Shown: piece by piece, positions 27,044 to 35,000 of the stretch
Position numbering within the stretch: position 1 is the first letter of the stretch
Layout of the letters: each line of letters starts with the position of its first letter
Assembly (NCBI GenBank): GCA_964495145.1
Contig: CAZBUP010000002.1
Location: 1 to 54,678 of the forward strand
Direction: 5' to 3'
DNA from: an uncultured Staphylococcaceae bacterium
GTDB lineage: Bacteria > Bacillota_I > Bacilli_A > RFN20 > CAG-826
DNA: 54,678 nt
The notes under the pieces: model-generated
Told to the model about the DNA's origin: nothing
The model's input: only the letters and a program-made list of their open reading frames with translations
Databases searched by the model: none
Program-made: the position numbers and the translations under genes

Positions 27044-27901
27044 TTATCTGGTTTTGGTGTTAACAGTCGGGGTCGACAACACTAATGAGGCCGCCCCCAT
27101 CAATCCGGCGTCATCGCCGTATTCGGCGACCGCCAATGGCACGCGGTGGACCTTGCGGGTCAGTTTTTCAAAGAAGACGTCACGCGACTTCATGACCCCG
27201 CCGGTTATGGCAATCATATCAGGTTCGAAGAGATTCTGCACTCGATTTATGAAAGCGGCCATCAAATCCAGCCAATCCTCGAAGATGGCCAACGCTTGGG
27301 GATTGCCGCTGTTGACCAAACTGAAAAACAGGCTCGTCGCTTGGATTTCAAGCCCGTTCATGGCGCACAAGGCCATGAGACCGGACCCGGAGGCGATTCG
27401 TTCGAACTCGTGGTACTTTCCTTTATAAGGAAATAAGGTATGGCCGATTTCATAACTCGAATTGACGAGCTGATGATCGACGACCAAGGCGCCGCCGACA
27501 CCGGTGGAAATGGTGATGAAGTAGGTGCGTTTGCTTCGTTTGCCGGCGCCGAGGTTGGCTTCGCACAGGGCGGCCATTTCGGCGTCGTTACGAATATAGA
27601 CCGGTTTATGGAATCGTTCTTTTAGAAAAGGGGATAGCGGCACGTCGTGGATATGGATGTTTGGCAAGGTGATGATGTGTCCCGAGGAATCGACTTGGCC
27701 GGGCACCCCGATCGAAATGGCGCTGATGTCTTTGAAATCGCATTCCAAGGCTTCGATCGTAGCGGCCACTTGTTCCATAAAGGCGGCTTTATCCCCGATC
27801 TTCGTCGGAAACCGCATCACTTTCACGATGTGAAATTGCTCATCGATCAAGGCGATGCGCATGTTGGTGCCGCCGATGTCCATGGCGATGATTGGCTTCA
27901 C
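27044..27901 (-). CDS. ROK-family sugar kinase-like protein (no zinc-binding Cys motif)
   Basis: IAMDIGGTNMRIAL (phosphate-1) and IRNDAEMAALCE are ROK/ASKHA motifs. Where the canonical CxCGxxGCxE motif would lie, the sequence reads EIGHTLFPYKGKYHEFERIASG. The GTG start overlaps the pyk stop (GTGA). Confidence 0.75.
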   Translation of the reverse strand: MKPIIAMDIGGTNMRIALIDEQFHIVKVMRFPTKIGDKAAFMEQVAATIEALECDFKDISAISIGVPGQVDSSGHIITLPNIHIHDVPLSPFLKERFHKPVYIRNDAEMAALCEANLGAGKRSKRTYFITISTGVGGALVVDHQLVNSSYEIGHTLFPYKGKYHEFERIASGSGLMALCAMNGLEIQATSLFFSLVNSGNPQALAIFEDWLDLMAAFINRVQNLFEPDMIAITGGVMKSRDVFFEKLTRKVHRVPLAVAEYGDDAGLMGAASLVLSTPTVNTKTR

Positions 27902-29352
27902 AAGGCTTCCTCATTCAATTGGTTGAGGGTTAAAATTTTCATGAAATTGGTTTTACCGGCGCCAGTCGGGACCCCACCGGTCAATAAGATCGGGGTGCCG
28001 CTAGGGTAACCCAGTTGCCGGGCTTTCAGGAGGGCCATCACTTCCATGTCTTCGATCAATTGCGGGAGCTGCGAGGCCAAAAAGGCATAGGCCCCCCAGA
28101 CGAGACCCAATTCGAGAACCGTCTTGCGGCAATCGGAAATGGCGATGATTGGACAAACGGGGCGGGCTTTGGATATGCGTCTGACGGCGTTGCCGGTTTC
28201 GGTGAAGCAGACGATCAATTTCGCTCCGATTAAAATGGCGGTGTTGGCGACCGAGTTGGCGATGGCGTCGGAATTGACTTTCTGACTGCTTTCATACGCC
28301 TCAAGTGACAATTTGGCGTAATCGAGTTCGCGTTCCATCGTCTCGGCGATTTTGGCTTGCATCGAGGTGGCTTCAATCGGGTAGGCCCCGGAAGCCGATT
28401 CGGCCGAGAGCATGACGGCGTCGGTGCTTTCGACGATGGCATTGGCCACATCGCTGACTTCAGCCCGGGTTGGGCGCGGATGGGTTTGCATCGAATCCAA
28501 CATTTGGGTAGCCGTGATCACTGGTTTTCCGTAGCGACGGCACAAGGCGACAATCCGTTTCTGGACGAGGGGGACTTCCTGGGCTGGAATTTCGACGCCA
28601 AGATCGCCCCGGGCTACCATCAGTCCGTCGCTGACGCGCAAAATGGCTTCTAAGTTTTCAACCCCTTCGGGGTTTTCGATTTTAGCGATGACCGGGATCG
28701 GGGCTCCGCCTAGTTGGCGTACTAACTCTTTGATGTCAAGGACGTCTTGAGGACGTCGAGTGAAACTGGCGGCGATGTAATCGACCTGATGGGCGACGCC
28801 AAAGGCCAAATCTTCGCGGTCGCGTTCGGAAATGAAGGGCATCGACAATCGGGCAAAGGGGGCATTGACGCCTTTGCGGCTTTTGAGCCGATGGGCGTTA
28901 AGGGCCTGGACGATCAGCTCGCGGTTGGTTAAGTCTTTTTTGATGATAAGCAAATCGAGGTTCCCGTCGTCGATCCGTAGATGATCGTTGACTTTGACGT
29001 CGTCGAACAAATTGGGATAACTGACCGAAACGCGGTCGATCGTTCCCATGATGGGGGTCATTGAGATGGCGAACACGTGATCTTTGGGCACGTCGAAAGC
29101 GTCGTTTTCCAATAGCCCGAGGCGAATTTCGGGACCGCGGGTGTCAAGCATGACCGGCACGTAGATGCCGGTTTCTTCGGCTAATCGCCGAGCCATTTCG
29201 ATCTTTTTTTGATGGCCTTCGTAATCGCCATGGGAAAAATTGATCCGCATGACGTTCATCCCGGCTTTGACGAGTTCCAAGAACGTTTCATAACGATCCG
29301 AAGCCGGTCCGACGGTGCAGACGATTTTGGTTTTTTTGCTGATGTTGATCAT
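27898..29352 (-). CDS. pyk: Pyruvate kinase
   Basis: KTKIVCTVGPAS, MNVMRINFSHGD and MVARGDLGVEIP are canonical motifs; 484 aa. Confidence 0.96.
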   Translation of the reverse strand: MINISKKTKIVCTVGPASDRYETFLELVKAGMNVMRINFSHGDYEGHQKKIEMARRLAEETGIYVPVMLDTRGPEIRLGLLENDAFDVPKDHVFAISMTPIMGTIDRVSVSYPNLFDDVKVNDHLRIDDGNLDLLIIKKDLTNRELIVQALNAHRLKSRKGVNAPFARLSMPFISERDREDLAFGVAHQVDYIAASFTRRPQDVLDIKELVRQLGGAPIPVIAKIENPEGVENLEAILRVSDGLMVARGDLGVEIPAQEVPLVQKRIVALCRRYGKPVITATQMLDSMQTHPRPTRAEVSDVANAIVESTDAVMLSAESASGAYPIEATSMQAKIAETMERELDYAKLSLEAYESSQKVNSDAIANSVANTAILIGAKLIVCFTETGNAVRRISKARPVCPIIAISDCRKTVLELGLVWGAYAFLASQLPQLIEDMEVMALLKARQLGYPSGTPILLTGGVPTGAGKTNFMKILTLNQLNEEAL

Positions 29353-29354
29353 GA

Positions 29355-30314
29355 TTATTTCAACGTGTCGATGACTTTGACCAGGTGCGAATGGGGATTA
29401 CGTTGCATCGCCAAGGCTTCGTAAATATCGTAGTCGACCATTTGGTTGCCGACGATGGCGATGCAGCGACCGGATTTGCCTTGGCACAGGCAATCGATGG
29501 CGTAAGCACCCATGCGTGAAGCTAAAATACGGTCGAAAGCCGATGGAGATCCACCCCGTTGGATGCGGCCGAGGACTTCGGCTCGGGCTTCGAATCCGAC
29601 CTCGCGTTCGATTTCGCGGGCCAATTCTTGAACGTCGAACAGTTTTTCGCTGACGATGATCATCGCGTGCTGTTTGGCGGATTTCTTTTGGGCGTGCATG
29701 GCGTCCATGATGTCCTGTCTTGGAATCAAATGGTCGCTGGACACGATCAATTCGACCCCGCAGGCAATGCCTGAAAACAAAGCCAGGTCGCCGGAACGGT
29801 TGCCCATCACCTCGATGATCGAGCAGCGTTGGTGGCTCGAGGTCGTGTCCCGGAGCTTGTCGACGGCTCCGACGATGGTGTTCAAGCAGGTATCGAAACC
29901 GATCGTGTAATCGGTGCAGGCGATGTCGTTATCGATGGTGCCTGGCAAACCGATGCAGTTGATGCCCATCTCGGAGAGCTTTTTGGCACCCATGTAGGTT
30001 CCGTCTCCACCGATGACGACCAAGGCGTCGATGCCATGCTTCCGCAATTGCTCGACCCCGCGTTGGCGCACGGATAAATCGGCAAACTCGGGCAAGCGGG
30101 CCGATCGGATGATGGTGCCTCCTAGGTTGATGATGCTGGAAACGAACGAGCGGTCGACCTGTTCGATCTGTCCTTCGACCAGACCTTTGTAGCCATTATA
30201 AATAACGAACATCTCTTTGCCGTTTTTAAGCCCGGCGCGGACGATGGCCCGGATGGCGGCGTTCATGCCCGGCGAGTCGCCGCCGGAAGTCAATACACCA
30301 ATGCGATTAACCAT
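29355..30314 (-). CDS. pfkA: ATP-dependent 6-phosphofructokinase
   Basis: IGVLTSGGDSPGMNAAIRA, GGDGTYMGA and PGTIDND are canonical motifs; 319 aa. Confidence 0.96.
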   Translation of the reverse strand: MVNRIGVLTSGGDSPGMNAAIRAIVRAGLKNGKEMFVIYNGYKGLVEGQIEQVDRSFVSSIINLGGTIIRSARLPEFADLSVRQRGVEQLRKHGIDALVVIGGDGTYMGAKKLSEMGINCIGLPGTIDNDIACTDYTIGFDTCLNTIVGAVDKLRDTTSSHQRCSIIEVMGNRSGDLALFSGIACGVELIVSSDHLIPRQDIMDAMHAQKKSAKQHAMIIVSEKLFDVQELAREIEREVGFEARAEVLGRIQRGGSPSAFDRILASRMGAYAIDCLCQGKSGRCIAIVGNQMVDYDIYEALAMQRNPHSHLVKVIDTLK

Positions 30315-30388
30315 AAATTCATCCTTTTCATCAATCTAAAAAATATTTTACCATTTTCGTATAGATTGGTTAATTGAAGAAAGATATT

Positions 30389-31210
30389 TTACTTGAAAGA
30401 ATTGGTTTTCCACGCCAAACTGTACTTTTTCATGCGTTCGGACAGGGCGCGTTTGTTGCGGAGGCTTTCTTTGAGGTATTGGTGGCGGGTCCCACGGGGG
30501 ATGACGACGAACGAGGGAATCTCGGCCATGCTCTTTTTGAGGTGTTTCTTGATTGAGGCGTAATCGAACATCTTGCAGGAGAAGATGTCGAAGAGGATGT
30601 CTCCGGTGGCCAAGTTGTAATGGAAGCTGATGTGGCTCTCGGCAATCATCGTCAAACCGGAAATGTAATTGGGATTTTCATTGGCGTCATAAATGACGTA
30701 TGGCCGGATGATCGGGGTCATTTCCACGTCATGGACCAATTGCTCCAAAAATTTGAAGATGAATTCCATGGTGACCGGTTTCTTGGCTTTCATCCGGGCG
30801 AGAACGTGGGGGCCAAAGATATCTTGGGGTTCAAACGGGACGACTTCCTCGCGCCCGATGCTCCGATCGACGGTGACCACATTGGATTTTTCCTTGTCGA
30901 AAGCCCAGTTCTCGTAGAACATCGATTCGGCTTTGGTCTCGCTGAAATCATCGGGGGAGTACAAGTCGACGAAATAACAGGCTAGTAGCGGGAAGGTGTG
31001 GATGGTCAAATGGCCGCCCCTTAAAAAGACGAAGGCGCTGACGCCGATGTCTTCCGGTTCCACCCCATAGTAGTAAGGCAACAAAAACGGCGGAGCCACA
31101 GGGTTAAGCTTCAGGCGCGCCGTGATTTCATTCAAAGTATTTTGGATGTGTTTGACATCGTTGAGATTGTTGCGTTTGACACCGTATGCGTCAAGCATGA
31201 AATGTTTCAT
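30389..31210 (-). CDS. Fused tandem S-adenosylmethionine decarboxylase (SpeD/AdoMetDC class 1)-like pyruvoyl enzyme homologue
   Basis: The C-terminal half, GLTMIAESHISFHYNLATGDILFDIFSCK...VVIPRG, matches the SpeD self-processing and catalytic motif (ES-H...TCG, IPRG). The N-terminal half, VSAFVFLRGGHLTIHTFPLLACYFVDLYSP, is a second, degenerate copy. RBS is GAGGAA. Confidence 0.7.
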   Translation of the reverse strand: MKHFMLDAYGVKRNNLNDVKHIQNTLNEITARLKLNPVAPPFLLPYYYGVEPEDIGVSAFVFLRGGHLTIHTFPLLACYFVDLYSPDDFSETKAESMFYENWAFDKEKSNVVTVDRSIGREEVVPFEPQDIFGPHVLARMKAKKPVTMEFIFKFLEQLVHDVEMTPIIRPYVIYDANENPNYISGLTMIAESHISFHYNLATGDILFDIFSCKMFDYASIKKHLKKSMAEIPSFVVIPRGTRHQYLKESLRNKRALSERMKKYSLAWKTNSFK

Positions 31211-31435
31211 GGATATTCCTCGTGGACCAATAAAATCCTAACAAAAACGATTAGCAATCACAATAGAAATAATTTATGGTCAAATAGCGACGGGCGAGGC
31301 GAAACTTATCCACCGCGGAAAGTGTTGCCCAAGACGCCGTTTTCGGCATCACTGTGGAAAAAACCTCACAGACACGATCAAAAATTTACTCGTTTGCAAC
31401 GCATTTTTCCGTTTCCAAAGCGTGAGGTTTGATAT

Positions 31436-32704
31436 ATGCTATTAATATTAGAGAGCCCAATGAAATATTTATCGACCCACGATTTCTTCTTGATCCGGAG
31501 ACAAAGCCTCATCTCCGACGCCGACCGCCGCTTGGTCGTTGAATTGTACCAGCCTTTGATCGGCCAACGGGGCGCAGCTTTGTTTTTGACTTTGGATGCC
31601 TTCTTGGATCTTTTCGTTGAAAGCCAACCTTGGCTTGTTGACACCTTGACCAATCACATGCAAATCACCATCGCCGAGTTATCGGTGGCCAAGGCTGCCC
31701 TCGAAGCGGTTGGACTGCTTAAGACGTATTCAAAAAAGCACGCCGATTATCAGGAACATGTCTTCGAACTATATGCACCGAAAAGCCCATCGGCATTCTT
31801 TGACGATGTGATTTTGCGCGGCTTGTTGGAACAATACGTCGGAGCGGCCATGGTGCAACGGTTCCGCCTTCGCTACCAAGCCCCGCGCGGCCTCGAAGGT
31901 TATGAGGAGGATTCGGCTTCATTCGGCGAAGTATTTCATCCCGATTTCAGCAATCCGCTGTATGCCAAAGACCACCCAGAAACCTTGCTTGGGCGTCAAA
32001 GCGGTCATCCCGAGTCGCATTTCGACCGGCGGGCTTTCGCCGACGAGGTTTTGAAAAAGAGCACCTTGAAGCCCAACGTGATCACCGAGGCCGTCCTCGA
32101 AGAAGTCGATCGCATCGCCAACTTGTATGGCATCGACGAATTGGCCATGGCCGAAATCTTTCTGACCGCCGTCGTCACGAACGGCCACACCATCGTCGAT
32201 TTCGACAAACTGAAAGACATGGCCGCCCTCGAAACCAAATTTGCCTTTGCCAAGACGCGCCGCCGCAGTTTGACCAAAGTCACGAGCGCCACCTCCAAAG
32301 CCCAGAAAATCCGCCTGATGGAAGAAACCGATCCCAAAACCTATTTGCGCTACCGCAATCACAATACGGCCCCGACTCCCGCCGATTTGAAACTGATCAA
32401 CGACATTCAGGAAAATTACCGCTTGCCGTTTTCGGTCATCAACGCCTTGCTCGATTTCGTTTTGGAAATCGCCGATTTGACGCTGCCGCGGGCTCTCGTG
32501 GAAAAGATCGCATCATCTCTGGCCCGGGCCCAAGTCCATTCATCGGTCGACGCCATGGAATACCTGCTAAAGACTACCAAAAGGAAAAAAACGACCAAAA
32601 GCGTCCCCACCCCGGTTATCGAGCCGGAACCCGCCAGCGGTGAAGCGATTGACATCGAGGCTCTGATTGCTTCTTATGAAAAGGAAAAGGCAGGTTCGAA
32701 ATGA
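31436..32704 (+). CDS. dnaB: Replication initiation and membrane attachment protein (DnaB/DnaD-domain, Firmicute type)
   Basis: The C-terminal DnaB_2-type repeat (LPFSVINALLDFVLEI...VEKIASSLARAQVHSSVDAMEYL) is present, and the gene sits directly upstream of dnaI as in Bacillus. The start is uncertain: ATG 31436 has a GAGG RBS, and ATG 31460 is the alternative. Confidence 0.72.
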   Translation: MLLILESPMKYLSTHDFFLIRRQSLISDADRRLVVELYQPLIGQRGAALFLTLDAFLDLFVESQPWLVDTLTNHMQITIAELSVAKAALEAVGLLKTYSKKHADYQEHVFELYAPKSPSAFFDDVILRGLLEQYVGAAMVQRFRLRYQAPRGLEGYEEDSASFGEVFHPDFSNPLYAKDHPETLLGRQSGHPESHFDRRAFADEVLKKSTLKPNVITEAVLEEVDRIANLYGIDELAMAEIFLTAVVTNGHTIVDFDKLKDMAALETKFAFAKTRRRSLTKVTSATSKAQKIRLMEETDPKTYLRYRNHNTAPTPADLKLINDIQENYRLPFSVINALLDFVLEIADLTLPRALVEKIASSLARAQVHSSVDAMEYLLKTTKRKKTTKSVPTPVIEPEPASGEAIDIEALIASYEKEKAGSK

Positions 32705-33600
32705 TGGATAAAGTCAAAATAACCGATCTCTTCGACGACAACCTTGACGCGGCCATTGCCGAGCAGTACCAAAGCCTGATTGCTGATCCCCGCGTCAATC
32801 AAGAAATCAAGCGCTTAGGGGCGAGCGAGTCCGAGGTCAAGGAAAACATCGCCGCCTTCATCGCTTTTCAAGACGATCAATCGTATTGTTCATCATGTCC
32901 GGATTTGTCCGGTTGCCAAAAGCCCCAAAGGCATTATCAGGTGCGGTTGGAACGCGTCGGGCGTTTCATTGAGAGAACCTTTGCCCCATGCCCGCTCCTC
33001 ATGGCGAAAATGGAACAGGATCGCCGCTATTTGTATAGCGATTTTGATGAAAACTGGAAAGAGGCCACACTGGCCCGCCTCGATGGCAAACAATCGCGTA
33101 CCCAGGCAATCGCCGCCGCCTTGGCGGTCATTCGGGGCCAATCGTATCGTTGGCTGTTCCTGACTGGAGCCCATCGCGTCGGCAAAAGCTATTTGATGGT
33201 GACTTTCATCAATGAACTGCTGTCTCAAGGCGCTACCCAAGCCGCCGTCATCAACGCCGGGATTCGTTTCAAAGAATTGATGGACGCCGCCATCAACGAC
33301 AAAGCCGGCTTCAAGCCATTGTTCGAACGCCTGGCCACGGTCGACGTCCTCGGTATCGACGATTTCGGCAATGAATACAAAAGCGATTTCCTCCGGGACC
33401 AGATCGTTTATCCGCTCTTGCTCGAACGGGCTAAAAACAAAAAAATCACGTTGTTTACCAGTGATTTCAAGATACACGAAATCGGTACGCTGTACGCCAC
33501 GAGCGACGCCGGCAAAATCCGCAGTCGGCAACTCGTCCGCCTTTTGAAGGATTACGCCGAAAACGAATTAGAGGTCGGTGGACTCAGCGGCCTGTATTGA
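32701..33600 (+). CDS. dnaI: Primosomal helicase loader DnaI
   Basis: It has an N-terminal Cys-rich zinc module (CSSCPDLSGCQKP) and an AAA+ Walker A (LTGAHRVGKSY) and Walker B (LGIDDFG). An ATGA overlap joins it to dnaB. Confidence 0.82.
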   Translation: MMDKVKITDLFDDNLDAAIAEQYQSLIADPRVNQEIKRLGASESEVKENIAAFIAFQDDQSYCSSCPDLSGCQKPQRHYQVRLERVGRFIERTFAPCPLLMAKMEQDRRYLYSDFDENWKEATLARLDGKQSRTQAIAAALAVIRGQSYRWLFLTGAHRVGKSYLMVTFINELLSQGATQAAVINAGIRFKELMDAAINDKAGFKPLFERLATVDVLGIDDFGNEYKSDFLRDQIVYPLLLERAKNKKITLFTSDFKIHEIGTLYATSDAGKIRSRQLVRLLKDYAENELEVGGLSGLY

Positions 33601-34998
33601 TTCGGCGACGGCCGTGTCGACGGCCTGGCGGCCCGCCTTCATGAAATCTTCAACCGACGCGTCATTGACCAAAAGGAGATCGACGCGTTTTTCATAGACC
33701 GGGAATTGGTTCGTGGCCGCTAAGCTCAAGGCCAAATCCGGATCGGGATAATCGGCTAAGATGCGCTTTTCAAGAAGTGCGGGAGAAACCTTGACGCCGA
33801 TGACGTATTGACAGAAACCATCCCACTTGGCTTCGTATAGCAAGGGGACTTCGATGAAGACATGGGTAGACGTTTGCTTGGCAATCCATGCCAGGACGCG
33901 TTTTTTCAAAATCGGATGCACCCATTTTTCCAAATGCTTTTTGGTTTTGGGCTCTTTGAGGATGGCCTTCAACACCACCTTGGCATCGAATTCATGGTGA
34001 GGGAACGGCGTTTTCAATATCGCTTCCAATTGGGCGAGGCTACCCGGTTCTCGGTAGAGGTCTCGGACGAGGGCATCGCTGGACAAGGTCGGGTAACCGC
34101 GTTCGCGGGCAATCTTCAAGAGGGTCGATTTGCCCGAATGCATCGTCCCGGTGATGGCGATGACTAGAGGACGGGCCCGGTTGATTTGACAGCGGGGACA
34201 ATAGGTCGAACCCCGCCCTTTGACTTGGATTTTGGTCAAGGGATGACCGCAGCGAAGGCAAGGTTCTTCGGCGCGGCCGTAAGCCAAGAGCCGAAGCTGG
34301 AACCGGCCGTCAACCCCTTGGGCGGCATGATAAGTTCGAACCGTGGAACCGCCGGTCTCGATGGCGGCTTGGAGCACGAGCTTCGATTGCTCAAGCAACC
34401 GCTGGGCTTCAGGTAAAGTCAAGCGATGGCCGGGCAGTTCCGGATGGATCCGGGCTTTGAAGAGGACTTCGTCGGCGTAAATGTTGCCAAGCCCGGTCAT
34501 GATCGTTTGGTCAAGCAGCAATTCTTTGATGGGGCGCGTCGATTGATGGTAGGCCGACCATAGGGGACCAGCTTCTTCGATCACGAATGGTTCCGGCCCG
34601 ACCTTGGTCAATGGTTCCTCAAGGAGGTAATGAGCGACATCGGTCAATTTCATGATGCCGAAACACCGCGAATCGTCATAGACGAGTTTGCCCCCGTCGG
34701 TGAAATGAAAGACGATCCGGGCATAGTCGCTGTCGGGTTCACGCTCTTTCAAGACGAGGAACTTTCCTTCCATCCGCAGGTGCGAAATCATGGTCAAATC
34801 GGTATCGAAAGTGAAGATCAAGAACTTCCCGATCCGCAAGATCTTTTTGAAGGTGCGCCCGGTCAAAGTCGACTTGAAAACGGCGTGATCAGACTGGACC
34901 ATGCGCCAATAATGGACGGTCACCTCGGCAATGGTGCGGTTGATGATGGCCGGTTCCAACAACCGGCGGACGGTTTCCACTTCGGGCAGTTCGGGCAT
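33568..34998 (-). CDS. mutM-coaE: Fusion protein: formamidopyrimidine-DNA glycosylase (MutM/Fpg) plus dephospho-CoA kinase (CoaE)
   Basis: The N-terminus MPELPEVETV provides the catalytic Pro2. The H2TH region and the zinc finger CLRCGHPLTKIQVKGRGSTYCPRCQ follow. The frame then continues without a stop into VIAITGTMHSGKST (the CoaE P-loop) and about 200 aa of a CoaE-like domain. The start is set at ATG 34998 because Fpg requires Met-Pro. Confidence 0.85.
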   Translation of the reverse strand: MPELPEVETVRRLLEPAIINRTIAEVTVHYWRMVQSDHAVFKSTLTGRTFKKILRIGKFLIFTFDTDLTMISHLRMEGKFLVLKEREPDSDYARIVFHFTDGGKLVYDDSRCFGIMKLTDVAHYLLEEPLTKVGPEPFVIEEAGPLWSAYHQSTRPIKELLLDQTIMTGLGNIYADEVLFKARIHPELPGHRLTLPEAQRLLEQSKLVLQAAIETGGSTVRTYHAAQGVDGRFQLRLLAYGRAEEPCLRCGHPLTKIQVKGRGSTYCPRCQINRARPLVIAITGTMHSGKSTLLKIARERGYPTLSSDALVRDLYREPGSLAQLEAILKTPFPHHEFDAKVVLKAILKEPKTKKHLEKWVHPILKKRVLAWIAKQTSTHVFIEVPLLYEAKWDGFCQYVIGVKVSPALLEKRILADYPDPDLALSLAATNQFPVYEKRVDLLLVNDASVEDFMKAGRQAVDTAVAESIQAAESTDL

Positions 34999-35000
34999 AA

